Assembly: GCF_029937855.1 (NCBI RefSeq)
Contig: NZ_JAPYPC010000005.1
Coordinates: forward strand, 54,616-118,615
DNA: 64,000 bases
Origin: Christiangramia sp.
Lineage (GTDB): Bacteria > Bacteroidota > Bacteroidia > Flavobacteriales > Flavobacteriaceae
Direction: 5' to 3'
The notes beneath the pieces were generated by a model. That model had not been told where the DNA came from, made no database searches, and was given only the letters and a program-made list of their open reading frames with translations. Shown one piece after another: positions 17,607 to 28,280 of this stretch (its first letter is position 1; each line of letters begins with the position of its first letter). A program made the translations under genes and the position numbers.

Positions 17607-18062
17607 ATGGAAGATTTAAGAATTAAAACTGCACTCCAAATTGCAAAACCAGGCAAAATAGTTTTTGAAGCCATTGTAAACCCAGAAAAAATGTCCCATT
17701 ACTTTATTTCTGAAGGTTCTGATAGGATGGAAGAAGGGAAAACAGTGAACTGGAAATTCCCTGAATTTCCAGATATGAATATCGAGGTTAAGGTTTTAGA
17801 AACCAAAAAATCTGAAATGATCTTATTTGAATGGGAAGGTAGCAAGGATAAAATTCTAAAGGTTGAGATAAAACTAGAAGAAAGACCTGGAAACCAAACT
17901 TTGGTTAGAATAACCGAAAGTAAAATGCCGCCCACTGAAGAAGGCATTATTTGGTTAAAACGCAATACCGAAGGTTGGGCAAACTTCCTGGCGTGTTTAA
18001 AAGCTTATCTGGAATATGATATAAATTTAAGAAAAGGTGCATTTGAATTTATGAAAAGCTAA
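17607..18062 (+). CDS. SRPBCC/AHSA1-like domain protein
   Basis: VFEAIVNPEKMSHYF and GWANFLACLKAYLE motifs. Confidence 0.85.
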   Translation: MEDLRIKTALQIAKPGKIVFEAIVNPEKMSHYFISEGSDRMEEGKTVNWKFPEFPDMNIEVKVLETKKSEMILFEWEGSKDKILKVEIKLEERPGNQTLVRITESKMPPTEEGIIWLKRNTEGWANFLACLKAYLEYDINLRKGAFEFMKS

Positions 18063-18156
18063 AAATTTAGTACGGAACATTTTGGCAATTATCCCTATCT
18101 TTAATCATATCCCTCATCGCGTTCAGCCATAGCAATAGCATTAAAGATTATTCAGA

Positions 18157-20313
18157 ATGATCACTCGTAGAAATTTTATTAAGAACACCGGTTTTGTAGC
18201 CGTTAGTTTCAGTTTACTTCCCGATATTATATTTTCATCTACAAATCCATGCGTTGGTGAAGTGGAAATGAAAGATCCGCGAATAAAAGACTGGCTTCAT
18301 GTACTGGAAGATGGTAGGGTGAAAATTTTTACCGGCAAGATGGAACTTGGCCAGGGAATTAGGATCGCCATAGCACAGGTTGCTGCGGAAGAACTCAACA
18401 TGAATATAGATCAGATAGAAGTTCATCTGGCAGAAACTAAAATAACCCCTGATGAAGGTTATACTGCCGGGAGCAGATCTATAGTTCAAAGTGCAATGAC
18501 TGTAAGAAAAGCCGCTGCCGCCGCTGCCAATATTTTACTCCAAACAGCTTCAGAAAAATATGCTATTCAAAAAGATGAATTATCGATAAAAGAAGGAAAA
18601 GTTTATATAAAAGACAGGGACAGAAGTTTTTCTTTTGCGGAAATCCTGGAAGGAAAACAAATTGAAAGTAACATTCCCTCAGAGGTTAAAACAAAAGCAA
18701 AATCTGAATATCAATTTGTAGGCACTCCAGTGCACAGGAAAGACCTAAAAAAAATTATTGCCGGCGCACCAGTATATGTACACGATTTGAAATTTCCCAA
18801 TATGCTGCATGCGCGTGTTGTAAGACCACCAGCTTACAAGGCTGTTCTGCGAGAATTCAATCCTGAAAACGCTGAAAAATTAAAGTCGGTTGTAAAAATT
18901 TTTAAAATGAATGGTTTTATTGGGGTTTTGGCCACTCAGGAATATACCGCGCAACAAGCCAAAGAAATGCTGGAAGCCGACTGCAAATGGAACGTTCCTA
19001 ATAAATTACCCCAACCTGACTCCTGGAAAACCTATGTCAAGTCAATTTCTAAAAAGTCTGAAAATGTAAAAGACTCCGGAAATTTAATGCTGAAAAATTC
19101 TGTAAAGGCATCTTATTCTAAACCTTATCTAATGCATGCTGCGGTAGGCCCCTCCTGTGCGGTAGCATTTTTTGACGGGGAAAAACTAAAAATATGGACC
19201 CACAGCCAGGGTGTATATCCTCTGGAAGGAGCCATTGCAGATTTATTGAACTTAACGGAAGATAATTTGCAGGTAAAAGGAGTCCCAGGCTCTGGATGTT
19301 ATGGACATAACGGTGCCGATGATGTTGCTGCAGAAGCGGCAATTCTTGCATTGGCAGAACAGGGAAAGCATATTCGCCTTCAATGGTCCCGCCACGATGA
19401 ACACGGCTGGGAACCTTATGGCAGCTCTATGCTCATGGAACTTGAAGGCAGCCTGGATGAACAGGGAATGATTAATAGCTGGAAATATGAGTTATGGTCG
19501 GACACGCACAGTACAAGGCCGGGAAGTAAAAAAGCTAATCTTTTACCAACTAATTATTATCAAAAAACAGATCTAAAACAACCAGAAGGATATCTGGGAG
19601 GAGCCTATCGCAACGCCGATCCTTATTATGAAATTAAAAACAAGAAGATTGATGCCAACTTTTTTCAGGGGCCTTTAAGAGTATCAGCTTTACGTAGCCT
19701 TGGCGCTTATGCAAATATCTTCGCGATTGAAAGCTTTATGGATGAACTGGCTGAAAAAGCAGGGATAGATGCTGTGGAGTTTCGGTTAAAACATCTTAAA
19801 GATCCCCGGGCAATTAGCGTCCTTAAAAAATTAAAGCAACTCAGCTCCATTGAAAATCCTGAAAAGAATGAAGGGATAGGATACGCTTTCTCCCGCTATA
19901 AAAATACCGATTCCTATTTTGCAGCAGCGGTAAAAATACACCGGGAAACCAACGGAAAGTTGAAAATTAAGAATATGTGGGGTGTAATAGATTCCGGTGA
20001 AGTAATTAACCCTGACGGCTTAAGGAATCAAACGGAAGGAGGCATGCTCCAATCGGCCAGCTGGACCATGATAGAAGAAGTAAAGTACGATGAGAAACAT
20101 GTTTCCAGTCTGGACTGGATAAGTTATCCCATTTTCAAGATGAGTGATTCCCCACTTGTAAAAGTTGAAATAATAGATCAACCATACGAACCGCCGCTGG
20201 GGGCTGGGGAGGCGGCGCAGGGAGCTACCTCTGCAGCTATCGTCAATGCTATTTATAATCTTACCGGTAAAAGAGTGAGAGATCTCCCGGTGAGTAAAAA
20301 TTTTTCGGTTTAG
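18157..20313 (+). CDS. Xanthine-dehydrogenase-family molybdopterin-binding subunit (IorB/NicB-like) with Tat-like signal
   Basis: N-terminal TRRNFIK; GKMELGQG, GSGCYGHNG, ESFMDELA and GAGEAA..AIVNAIYNLTGKRVRDLP motifs. Confidence 0.88.
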   Translation: MITRRNFIKNTGFVAVSFSLLPDIIFSSTNPCVGEVEMKDPRIKDWLHVLEDGRVKIFTGKMELGQGIRIAIAQVAAEELNMNIDQIEVHLAETKITPDEGYTAGSRSIVQSAMTVRKAAAAAANILLQTASEKYAIQKDELSIKEGKVYIKDRDRSFSFAEILEGKQIESNIPSEVKTKAKSEYQFVGTPVHRKDLKKIIAGAPVYVHDLKFPNMLHARVVRPPAYKAVLREFNPENAEKLKSVVKIFKMNGFIGVLATQEYTAQQAKEMLEADCKWNVPNKLPQPDSWKTYVKSISKKSENVKDSGNLMLKNSVKASYSKPYLMHAAVGPSCAVAFFDGEKLKIWTHSQGVYPLEGAIADLLNLTEDNLQVKGVPGSGCYGHNGADDVAAEAAILALAEQGKHIRLQWSRHDEHGWEPYGSSMLMELEGSLDEQGMINSWKYELWSDTHSTRPGSKKANLLPTNYYQKTDLKQPEGYLGGAYRNADPYYEIKNKKIDANFFQGPLRVSALRSLGAYANIFAIESFMDELAEKAGIDAVEFRLKHLKDPRAISVLKKLKQLSSIENPEKNEGIGYAFSRYKNTDSYFAAAVKIHRETNGKLKIKNMWGVIDSGEVINPDGLRNQTEGGMLQSASWTMIEEVKYDEKHVSSLDWISYPIFKMSDSPLVKVEIIDQPYEPPLGAGEAAQGATSAAIVNAIYNLTGKRVRDLPVSKNFSV

Positions 20314-20330
20314 AATTTTCTTTCCTCAAA

Positions 20331-20960
20331 ATGTCAAAGTCTAACCTTTATATAAAAGAAGCTTGTGTAGAATCTTTGGAGCAGGCAATTTCAGCCGAAA
20401 AAAATGGTGCTGACCGGATTGAATTATGTTCCCATCTGGAACTAGATGGTTTAACACCTTCAGAAGAACTTGTAGGGTTGGTCCAAGAGAAATTAACCAT
20501 TCCTATAAAGGTAATGATCAGACCTCGGGCGGGTGACTTTATTTATTCGGAAGAGGAGATCAGGAAAATGATAAAAAGTATAGAATTTTGTAAATCATTA
20601 GAAATGGAAGGAGTTGTTTTTGGAGCACTTCATGAAGATAAAACCCTGGATTTAAATTTGATATCCAAACTTGCCAAAATCGCTAAACCTCTAAAAGTCA
20701 CCATTCACAAAGCCATTGATGAAACGGAAGATATTCTCAAAGCCGTTAAAGATTTGTCTCATATAGCTGAGATTGATACAATTTTAACTTCCGGTGGGGC
20801 AAACACCGCTGAAGAAGGAGCTTTTCAGATAAAACAAATGATCGGAATTTCACAAAACCGACTGGAAATTATGCCTGCCGGAAAAATTACTCCAGCCAAT
20901 CTTAAAGAATTGCATAAGATTATTGGTGCAAAGGCTTACCATGGCAGACGTATCGTTTAA
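20331..20960 (+). CDS. cutC: CutC family TIM-barrel protein
   Basis: GADRIELC, GLTPS, MIRPRAGDF and ILTSGG motifs. Confidence 0.92.
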   Translation: MSKSNLYIKEACVESLEQAISAEKNGADRIELCSHLELDGLTPSEELVGLVQEKLTIPIKVMIRPRAGDFIYSEEEIRKMIKSIEFCKSLEMEGVVFGALHEDKTLDLNLISKLAKIAKPLKVTIHKAIDETEDILKAVKDLSHIAEIDTILTSGGANTAEEGAFQIKQMIGISQNRLEIMPAGKITPANLKELHKIIGAKAYHGRRIV

Positions 20961-21242
20961 TTATTTAAATTTACTCATGTCCGGTTAAAGAAACTAGACC
21001 GCTTCGCTTTTAGATATAAGAAAATTAGACCTGGACTTAACTAACTGATAAACAAAGTAAATTTAATATTGTGTTTTTCAAAGAATGCCCCAATTCAAAA
21101 ATTTTTAAAAGGAGGGTATAGATAGTAGTAAAAATGCTTTGAACTATTAAAAATACTGGGTTCAGGTTCGTTCTTTAAAATCTTTATCGGACACCACTGA
21201 TTTAAATTTATTTAGGATTTTTCCATTTTAAAAATCAGCCAT

Positions 21243-21279
21243 AAAAAAACCTCACAGGTTTTTAATACCTGTGAGGTTT
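21243..21279 (-). terminator. Intrinsic terminator after groL
   Basis: 13-bp inverted repeat AAACCTCACAGGT / ACCTGTGAGGTTT; the A tract at 21243-21249 is the U tract on the minus strand. Confidence 0.85.
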
Positions 21280-21334
21280 AAATTTCATAACAGCTTTTAA
21301 AAAAAACTGTTTTATTTTCGTTGTGGCCGTGCCA

Positions 21335-22990
<1,656 letters not shown>

Positions 22991-23094
22991 TCAGATCTTT
23001 TCAATAATCTGAAAATTATGGTTAATTAATTTTTTGTTGTTGAAATGATTACCTCTCTCACAAATAAAGTGAGGCAAGCCTATTGAAATAAAAC

Positions 23095-23370
23095 TTATAC
23101 TATTGCAAGTATATCATCTTCCCGCATGATAAGATAATCTGTACCGTCAAGTTTCAACTCGGTACCGGCATATTTTCCATAAAGCACCATATCACCTTCT
23201 TTAACGGTCATTTCGTGATCTTTGGTTCCTTTACCAACAGCCACTACTTTACCTTTTTGAGGTTTCTCTTTAGCAGTTTCAGGAATAATAATACCAGACG
23301 CAGTTTTGTTTTCTGCAGCTACAGGTTCAATTACAACCCTATCTGAAAGCGGTTTAACGTTTAGTCCCAT
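23095..23370 (-). CDS. groES: Co-chaperonin GroES
   Basis: KPLSDRV, SGIIIP and YGKYAGTE motifs; directly upstream of groL. Confidence 0.99.
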   Translation of the reverse strand: MGLNVKPLSDRVVIEPVAAENKTASGIIIPETAKEKPQKGKVVAVGKGTKDHEMTVKEGDMVLYGKYAGTELKLDGTDYLIMREDDILAIV

Positions 23371-23463
23371 TTTTTCGAAATTTTATTATAGGTTAATTAA
23401 TTTATTAAATTCGGTTAGGCATATTTCTAAAATTATGCCACTAGCTTATTTCTGCCAATAGCC

Positions 23464-23499
23464 AAAAAAAAATGCCAGCTTGTCATAAGCTGGCATTTT
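23464..23499 (-). terminator. Intrinsic terminator after secG
   Basis: 13-bp inverted repeat AAAATGCCAGCTT / AAGCTGGCATTTT; poly-A at 23464-23472 is the U tract on the minus strand. Confidence 0.8.
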
Positions 23500-23522
23500 C
23501 AAATTATAATATTTTGTGAAAT

Positions 23523-23867
23523 TTACTGAGCACTGTCAGTTTCCACCGGTTGTTGTGCCGGAGTCTGCGTTGCAGGAACTTGCGTGTTCACCGGCTCGTC
23601 ACTTTCGAAAACCCTGGTTCCAGCCTCTGCCGGAGCATCCATAATGGTCACGTTAGAAAGTAGGATTAGCACCAATAAAAGAGTTGCTAAAGTCCAGGTA
23701 CTTTTATCAAGAAAATCTGTTGTTTTCTTTACCCCTCCCATTTGCTGACCTCCGCCACCAAAAGATGAAGAAAGTCCTCCTCCTTTAGGATTCTGTACCA
23801 TTATCACAACTACCAGCAAAAATGCCACGATAATTATTAAAGCTAAAAATATAGTGAATGTGCTCAT
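23523..23867 (-). CDS. secG: Preprotein translocase subunit SecG
   Basis: VQNPKGGGLSSSFGG and FLDKSTW motifs; two TM helices. Confidence 0.95.
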   Translation of the reverse strand: MSTFTIFLALIIIVAFLLVVVIMVQNPKGGGLSSSFGGGGQQMGGVKKTTDFLDKSTWTLATLLLVLILLSNVTIMDAPAEAGTRVFESDEPVNTQVPATQTPAQQPVETDSAQ

Positions 23868-23869
23868 TC

Positions 23870-24745
23870 TTATTCGTTATTAGTATCTTGTAATTTCTCT
23901 ATTGCCCTAATTTGGTCTGCAAAGAAACCACTTTTTTCGGGATTTTTCAAAATTAATATTTTGTAAGCCTGGATGGCTTTTTTGTAATTTTTCTGCTCTA
24001 AATAAACCTTTGCCAAAGTCTCTGTCATCAACGATTCCGGTGCGGCAATATTCTCTTCAGCCAGGTTTGCTTTGTTAGCAGTTTTCCCGGGTTTTATCTT
24101 CGGATTTTTAGAAATAAACTCCTCAATAAGCTCAAATTTCCTCAAGCGGCCTTCATCAGTTTCGCCTTCTTCTTTTTCTTCCTCTCTATCTACTGGTTGT
24201 GCCTTTGTAAGTTTTAACCATTCTGAAAAAGAATGCGATTCTTTTCCGTCAAATTCCAGCGGCTTTCCAATTCCAAGCTGTTCTTCTGAAGATTTCTCTG
24301 CTTTCTCTGGTCTTTCCTCCTCTTCAGATCTTAAAGGCCTTTCAAATAGTGCAGGATCCATCACACGTTCAGATTCAGACTGCTTCATCTTGATCGCTTC
24401 ATTAATATCAAGACTACGCCTTCCATGAACTTCTTCAGCTTCGTAAACGGTAATTTGTTTCAGTCTTTCTTCCTGCTCTCGTATTTGCTTTGCAATCTCA
24501 TTTTGATTGAATTCCGGCGACGTGATAAAATCAAAAAGAATACTCCTATCAGCCGTATACGCAGCGGTTTTCCTAAGCGCCGAATTGTAGCTGAATTCCT
24601 GATGTTCCTTCAATCCTTTTAAACGGATAGCCCTCGCTGCCTGAAAATAGGGAGCCTTTTCGAGAATCTTTTCGATATCACGGGTTTGCTCCGGGGTGAT
24701 TTCCGAAGGATTTTCAAGAAGATATGTAAACTCCTTCACTTTCAT
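23870..24745 (-). CDS. Conserved hypothetical protein with C-terminal TPR-like helix pair
   Basis: PYFQAAR and TETLAKVYLEQKNYKKAIQAYKILILKNPEKSGFFA motifs. Start MKVKEF at 24745 overlaps the lptE stop (TAATG). Confidence 0.8.
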   Translation of the reverse strand: MKVKEFTYLLENPSEITPEQTRDIEKILEKAPYFQAARAIRLKGLKEHQEFSYNSALRKTAAYTADRSILFDFITSPEFNQNEIAKQIREQEERLKQITVYEAEEVHGRRSLDINEAIKMKQSESERVMDPALFERPLRSEEEERPEKAEKSSEEQLGIGKPLEFDGKESHSFSEWLKLTKAQPVDREEEKEEGETDEGRLRKFELIEEFISKNPKIKPGKTANKANLAEENIAAPESLMTETLAKVYLEQKNYKKAIQAYKILILKNPEKSGFFADQIRAIEKLQDTNNE

Positions 24746-25248
24746 TACCAATCGGTTAATGCCGCATTAAAAATATCCTGGGTCAACCTTGTATATATTT
24801 CATCCAGTGCAGTTTCCAGGGCTGCACCTACTAATTGGGTTTGCGCGGGATAGTCATAAAAGAAAGAAAAACGGTTCTCAAAATCCTTTTCCGGTTCCAA
24901 GGTATTGTAATACCTCACGTTTACCGAAATTGTTAACCTGTTTTGAGCAGCTGTATTCTGTGCGGTAGCCGACATTGGCGAAATATAATATTCAACAATT
25001 TCACCCTCAAATATTAGATCTCCATTATTATTTACCAGGCTTAAACTGGTTTGATTCTGAATAAGGTCCTGAAGTGAAATCGTGAAAGCCCTGTCTATTC
25101 CAGGCTCTACAAGATCTGCATTATTCTGAAAAAAGTTTACCTGAAAGGTTTCAGCATTCCCTGTATCGGCTCCGGTAAAAGAGTAAATTCCGCAAGATTG
25201 CAATGTGAGCAATAAAACGGAGCAAAATATTAAGATTAGTTTTTTCAT
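24745..25248 (-). CDS. lptE: LptE-family lipoprotein
   Basis: Lipobox LQSC then GIYSFTGA; AAQNRLTISVNV; typical Bacteroidota context upstream of secG. Confidence 0.8.
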   Translation of the reverse strand: MKKLILIFCSVLLLTLQSCGIYSFTGADTGNAETFQVNFFQNNADLVEPGIDRAFTISLQDLIQNQTSLSLVNNNGDLIFEGEIVEYYISPMSATAQNTAAQNRLTISVNVRYYNTLEPEKDFENRFSFFYDYPAQTQLVGAALETALDEIYTRLTQDIFNAALTDW

Positions 25249-25253
25249 GTGTT

Positions 25254-25340
25254 TTTTAGCTGTAAGCCTTAAGCAGTAAGCCCTAAGCTATATGAGAACC
25301 AAAATACTAAATTCCGGTGCAAAAGCTTTTAGCTTTAAGC
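25254..25340. repeat. Degenerate heptamer arrays (NNNAAGC)
   Basis: TTTTAGC TGTAAGC CTTAAGC AGTAAGC CCTAAGC (25254-25288) and AAAAGC TTTTAGC TTTAAGC (25321-25340). Confidence 0.6.
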
Positions 25341-25353
25341 CGATAACTTTTTT

Positions 25354-26619
25354 CTACAAATTATATTGCTTTATCTTGCGGTAAAGTGTTCTTTCGCTAA
25401 TTCCCAGTTCTTCCGCCGCCGCTTTTCTTTTTCCGCTATGTCGTTCGAGGGATTTTTTAATTAGCTCTAATTCTTTATCCTGCAAAGACAGAGTTTCTTC
25501 CTCTTCAATTTCTTCAGCAAAATAATATTTATCTTTTTCTTCCTGCCTGGAACCGGCCGAATTTTGTTGCGGAATTTGAAGCACGTTCAATTCATCTTCA
25601 TCAATATCAGCTTCATCTATATCATCACCACTATTCCCATAAATCTTCTGGATCAAACCTTCATTCTCATCCTGCACCTGCTTGCTATCGCCTTCCTGCA
25701 TTAATTTTAAGGTTAATTTTTTAAGATCATTTAGATCATTTTTCATATCGAAAAGCACCTTGTATAGGATCTCCCTTTCATTACTAAAATCTCCTTCTTT
25801 TTTCTTATCTGAAATGATTGCAGGAAGATTACTTCCCACATTTGGAAGATAATGTCTCAAATCTTCCGCAGTGATCACCCTGTTTTGTTCTAAAACGGAA
25901 ATTTGTTCTGCTATATTTCTTAGCTGACGGATATTTCCTCCCCAACGATACTTTTGAAGTAAAGCCACGGCCTCATCTTCAAGTTTTATCGTAGGCATTT
26001 TATACTTTAGTCCAAAATCTGAAGCGAATTTCCTGAATAATAAATGTATATCGTCCTTTCTTTCACGTAAAGGAGGAAGGTTGATCTCCACCGTGCTTAA
26101 ACGGTAATAAAGATCTTCCCGAAATTTCTCTTTTTGGATGGATTCGAACATATTGATATTCGTTGCCGCGACGATGCGAACATTGGTTTTCTGAACCTTT
26201 GAAGAACCTACCTTAATAAACTCTCCATTTTCAAGTACCCGAAGCAGTCTAACCTGAGTGGGCAATGGTAATTCTCCTACCTCATCTAAAAAGATGGTCC
26301 CGCCGTCTGCCACTTCAAAATAACCATTCCTGGTTTGGGTAGCCCCGGTAAAAGCCCCTTTTTCATGACCAAACAATTCACTGTCTATAGTCCCTTCTGG
26401 AATTGCCCCGCAGTTAACGGCGATATATTTCCCGTGTTTTCTATGGGACAGGGCGTGAATAATCTTCGGAATACTTTCTTTTCCTACCCCACTTTCACCT
26501 GTAACCAGGACAGAAATATCTGTTGGCGCAACCTGAATTGCTTTTTCTACCGCCCGGTTAAGTTTGGGATCGTCCCCAATGATTCCAAAGCGTTGTTTTA
26601 TTGCCTGAACTGATTCCAT
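25354..26619 (-). CDS. Sigma-54-interacting AAA+ activator (no N-terminal sensor domain), C-terminal Fis-type HTH
   Basis: Walker A GESGVGKE, GAFTGA, FLDEVGE and WGGNIRQL motifs; HTH AAEELGISERTLYRK. Confidence 0.92.
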   Translation of the reverse strand: MESVQAIKQRFGIIGDDPKLNRAVEKAIQVAPTDISVLVTGESGVGKESIPKIIHALSHRKHGKYIAVNCGAIPEGTIDSELFGHEKGAFTGATQTRNGYFEVADGGTIFLDEVGELPLPTQVRLLRVLENGEFIKVGSSKVQKTNVRIVAATNINMFESIQKEKFREDLYYRLSTVEINLPPLRERKDDIHLLFRKFASDFGLKYKMPTIKLEDEAVALLQKYRWGGNIRQLRNIAEQISVLEQNRVITAEDLRHYLPNVGSNLPAIISDKKKEGDFSNEREILYKVLFDMKNDLNDLKKLTLKLMQEGDSKQVQDENEGLIQKIYGNSGDDIDEADIDEDELNVLQIPQQNSAGSRQEEKDKYYFAEEIEEEETLSLQDKELELIKKSLERHSGKRKAAAEELGISERTLYRKIKQYNL

Positions 26620-26623
26620 TTAT

Positions 26624-26657
26624 AAGTATTCAGTATTTAGTTAACAGTAGCAGTTTC
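26624..26657. repeat. Degenerate heptamer array (NAGTNNN)
   Basis: AAGTATT CAGTATT TAGTTAA CAGTAG CAGTTTC. Confidence 0.45.
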
Positions 26658-26691
26658 AAAACGTGTAAACTATTGTACTGTAGTTAATAAT

Positions 26692-28137
26692 TTAGTTATT
26701 ATCACTATAACCCACAGGTTCACCTATAAGCGTGGCACTGGTGCAATCAGTAATTTTTACATTTACAAAATCACCAATCATATAATTCTCTTTCGGAAAT
26801 ACGGTTACGGTATTTCGCTCATTTCGGCCACTCCAGTGAGCATCAGATTTCTTTGATTCTTTTTCAATCAAAACTTCCACTACAGTGCCTATGGCCTGTT
26901 TAGTGTTATACCTGCTATGTTTTTGCTGAAGGTCCACGATCTCCTGTAATCTTCTTTTCTTGACTTCCTCCGGGACATCGTCTTCCAGTTTACGTTCCGC
27001 AGTAGTTCCAGGCCTTTCAGAATAGGTAAACATATAACCAAAATCATATTTCACATATTCCATTAAGGAAAGTGTATCCTGGTGATCTTCTTCAGTCTCA
27101 GTAGGAAAACCGGCTATTAGATCGTGAGAGATCCCACAATTAGGGATTCTCTCTTTAATATTATCTATTAGCCTAAAATATTCTTCACGAGTATGCAGGC
27201 GGTTCATTTTCTTTAAAATACGGTCACTTCCACTCTGTACAGGTAAATGTATATAATTGCAAATATTGCGATATGCTGCCATTGCTTCTATAACATCCAG
27301 GGTCATATCCTGGGGATTGGAAGTAGAAAAACGTATCCTCATTTTAGGCTGAGCTTCTGCAACCAGTCTTAAAAGTGCCGCAAAGTTAGTGGCTGTCGCT
27401 TTTTGTATCTCGGTCGCGTTCTTAAAATCTTTTTTTAATCCACCACCATACCAGAGATAACTATCTACATTCTGACCTAAAAGTGTAATTTCTTTATATC
27501 CTTTTGCTGCGAGATCATTTACTTCTTCCACTATACTTTGCGGATCCCGACTTCTTTCTCTTCCGCGGGTAAAAGGAACCACGCAAAACGTACACATATT
27601 ATCGCACCCACGAGTAATGGAAACAAATGCGGAAACCCCATTTGATTGAAGTCTTACCGGGGAAATGTCTCCGTAAGTTTCTTCCTTGCTCAAAATTACA
27701 TTTATCGCGTCGCGCCCTTCTTCAACTTCATTTATCAAATTTGGAAGATCTTTATAAGCGTCTGGACCCACCACAAGATCGACGATTTTTTCCTCTTCCA
27801 GGAATTTACTCTTTAAACGTTCTGCCATACAACCAAGAACACCCACCTTCATGCCGGGGTTTATTCTTTTTACCGCATTGTATTTTTCCAACCGCTTGCG
27901 TACCGTTTGCTCTGCTTTTTCTCGAATGGAACAGGTATTAACCAAAACCAGGTCTGCTTCTTCCAAGTTTTGAGTGGTATTAAAACCCTCTTTTGAGAGA
28001 ATAGAAGCAACAATTTCGCTATCGCTAAAGTTCATTGCGCAGCCATAACTCTCAATAAATAATTTGCGGTCATTATTGGCCTTAGGCTCTAGTACCAAAG
28101 AGTTTCCCTGCTTATTTTCGTCTATAGTCTTCTCCAT
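26692..28137 (-). CDS. miaB: tRNA-2-methylthio-N6-dimethylallyladenosine synthase MiaB
   Basis: [12 protein letters not shown] and NTCSIRE (UPF0004 domain); radical [11 protein letters not shown]; C-terminal TRAM domain. Confidence 0.97.
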   Translation of the reverse strand: MEKTIDENKQGNSLVLEPKANNDRKLFIESYGCAMNFSDSEIVASILSKEGFNTTQNLEEADLVLVNTCSIREKAEQTVRKRLEKYNAVKRINPGMKVGVLGCMAERLKSKFLEEEKIVDLVVGPDAYKDLPNLINEVEEGRDAINVILSKEETYGDISPVRLQSNGVSAFVSITRGCDNMCTFCVVPFTRGRERSRDPQSIVEEVNDLAAKGYKEITLLGQNVDSYLWYGGGLKKDFKNATEIQKATATNFAALLRLVAEAQPKMRIRFSTSNPQDMTLDVIEAMAAYRNICNYIHLPVQSGSDRILKKMNRLHTREEYFRLIDNIKERIPNCGISHDLIAGFPTETEEDHQDTLSLMEYVKYDFGYMFTYSERPGTTAERKLEDDVPEEVKKRRLQEIVDLQQKHSRYNTKQAIGTVVEVLIEKESKKSDAHWSGRNERNTVTVFPKENYMIGDFVNVKITDCTSATLIGEPVGYSDNN

Positions 28138-28170
28138 AATTCTTCAATCCTCTGTCGGTTTTTAGAGTGG

Positions 28171-28201
28171 CAAAGATAGAACTAAAGTCAGTTCTGACAA
28201 A
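28171..28201 (-). promoter_or_regulatory. Bacteroidota housekeeping promoter for miaB
   Basis: Minus strand TTTG-N19-TATCTTTG matches the established -33/-7 consensus (TTTG / TAnnTTTG). Confidence 0.75.
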
Positions 28202-28280
28202 GTGACAGAAAAAAATTTATAAATATATACGCAACCTTTTTCTTCTATCTGCATCTACAGGATAACTAACCGATTTAAAA

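Noticed and set aside
20975-21030. TAGACC repeated twice and a GCTTCGCT motif after cutC, possibly a REP remnant
   Set aside because: The motifs are too short, have no matching inverted arm, and cannot be told from chance.
23371-23460. CIRCE (HrcA) element upstream of groES
   Set aside because: No TTAGCACTC-N9-GAGTGCTAA match. A different inverted repeat is reported under findings.
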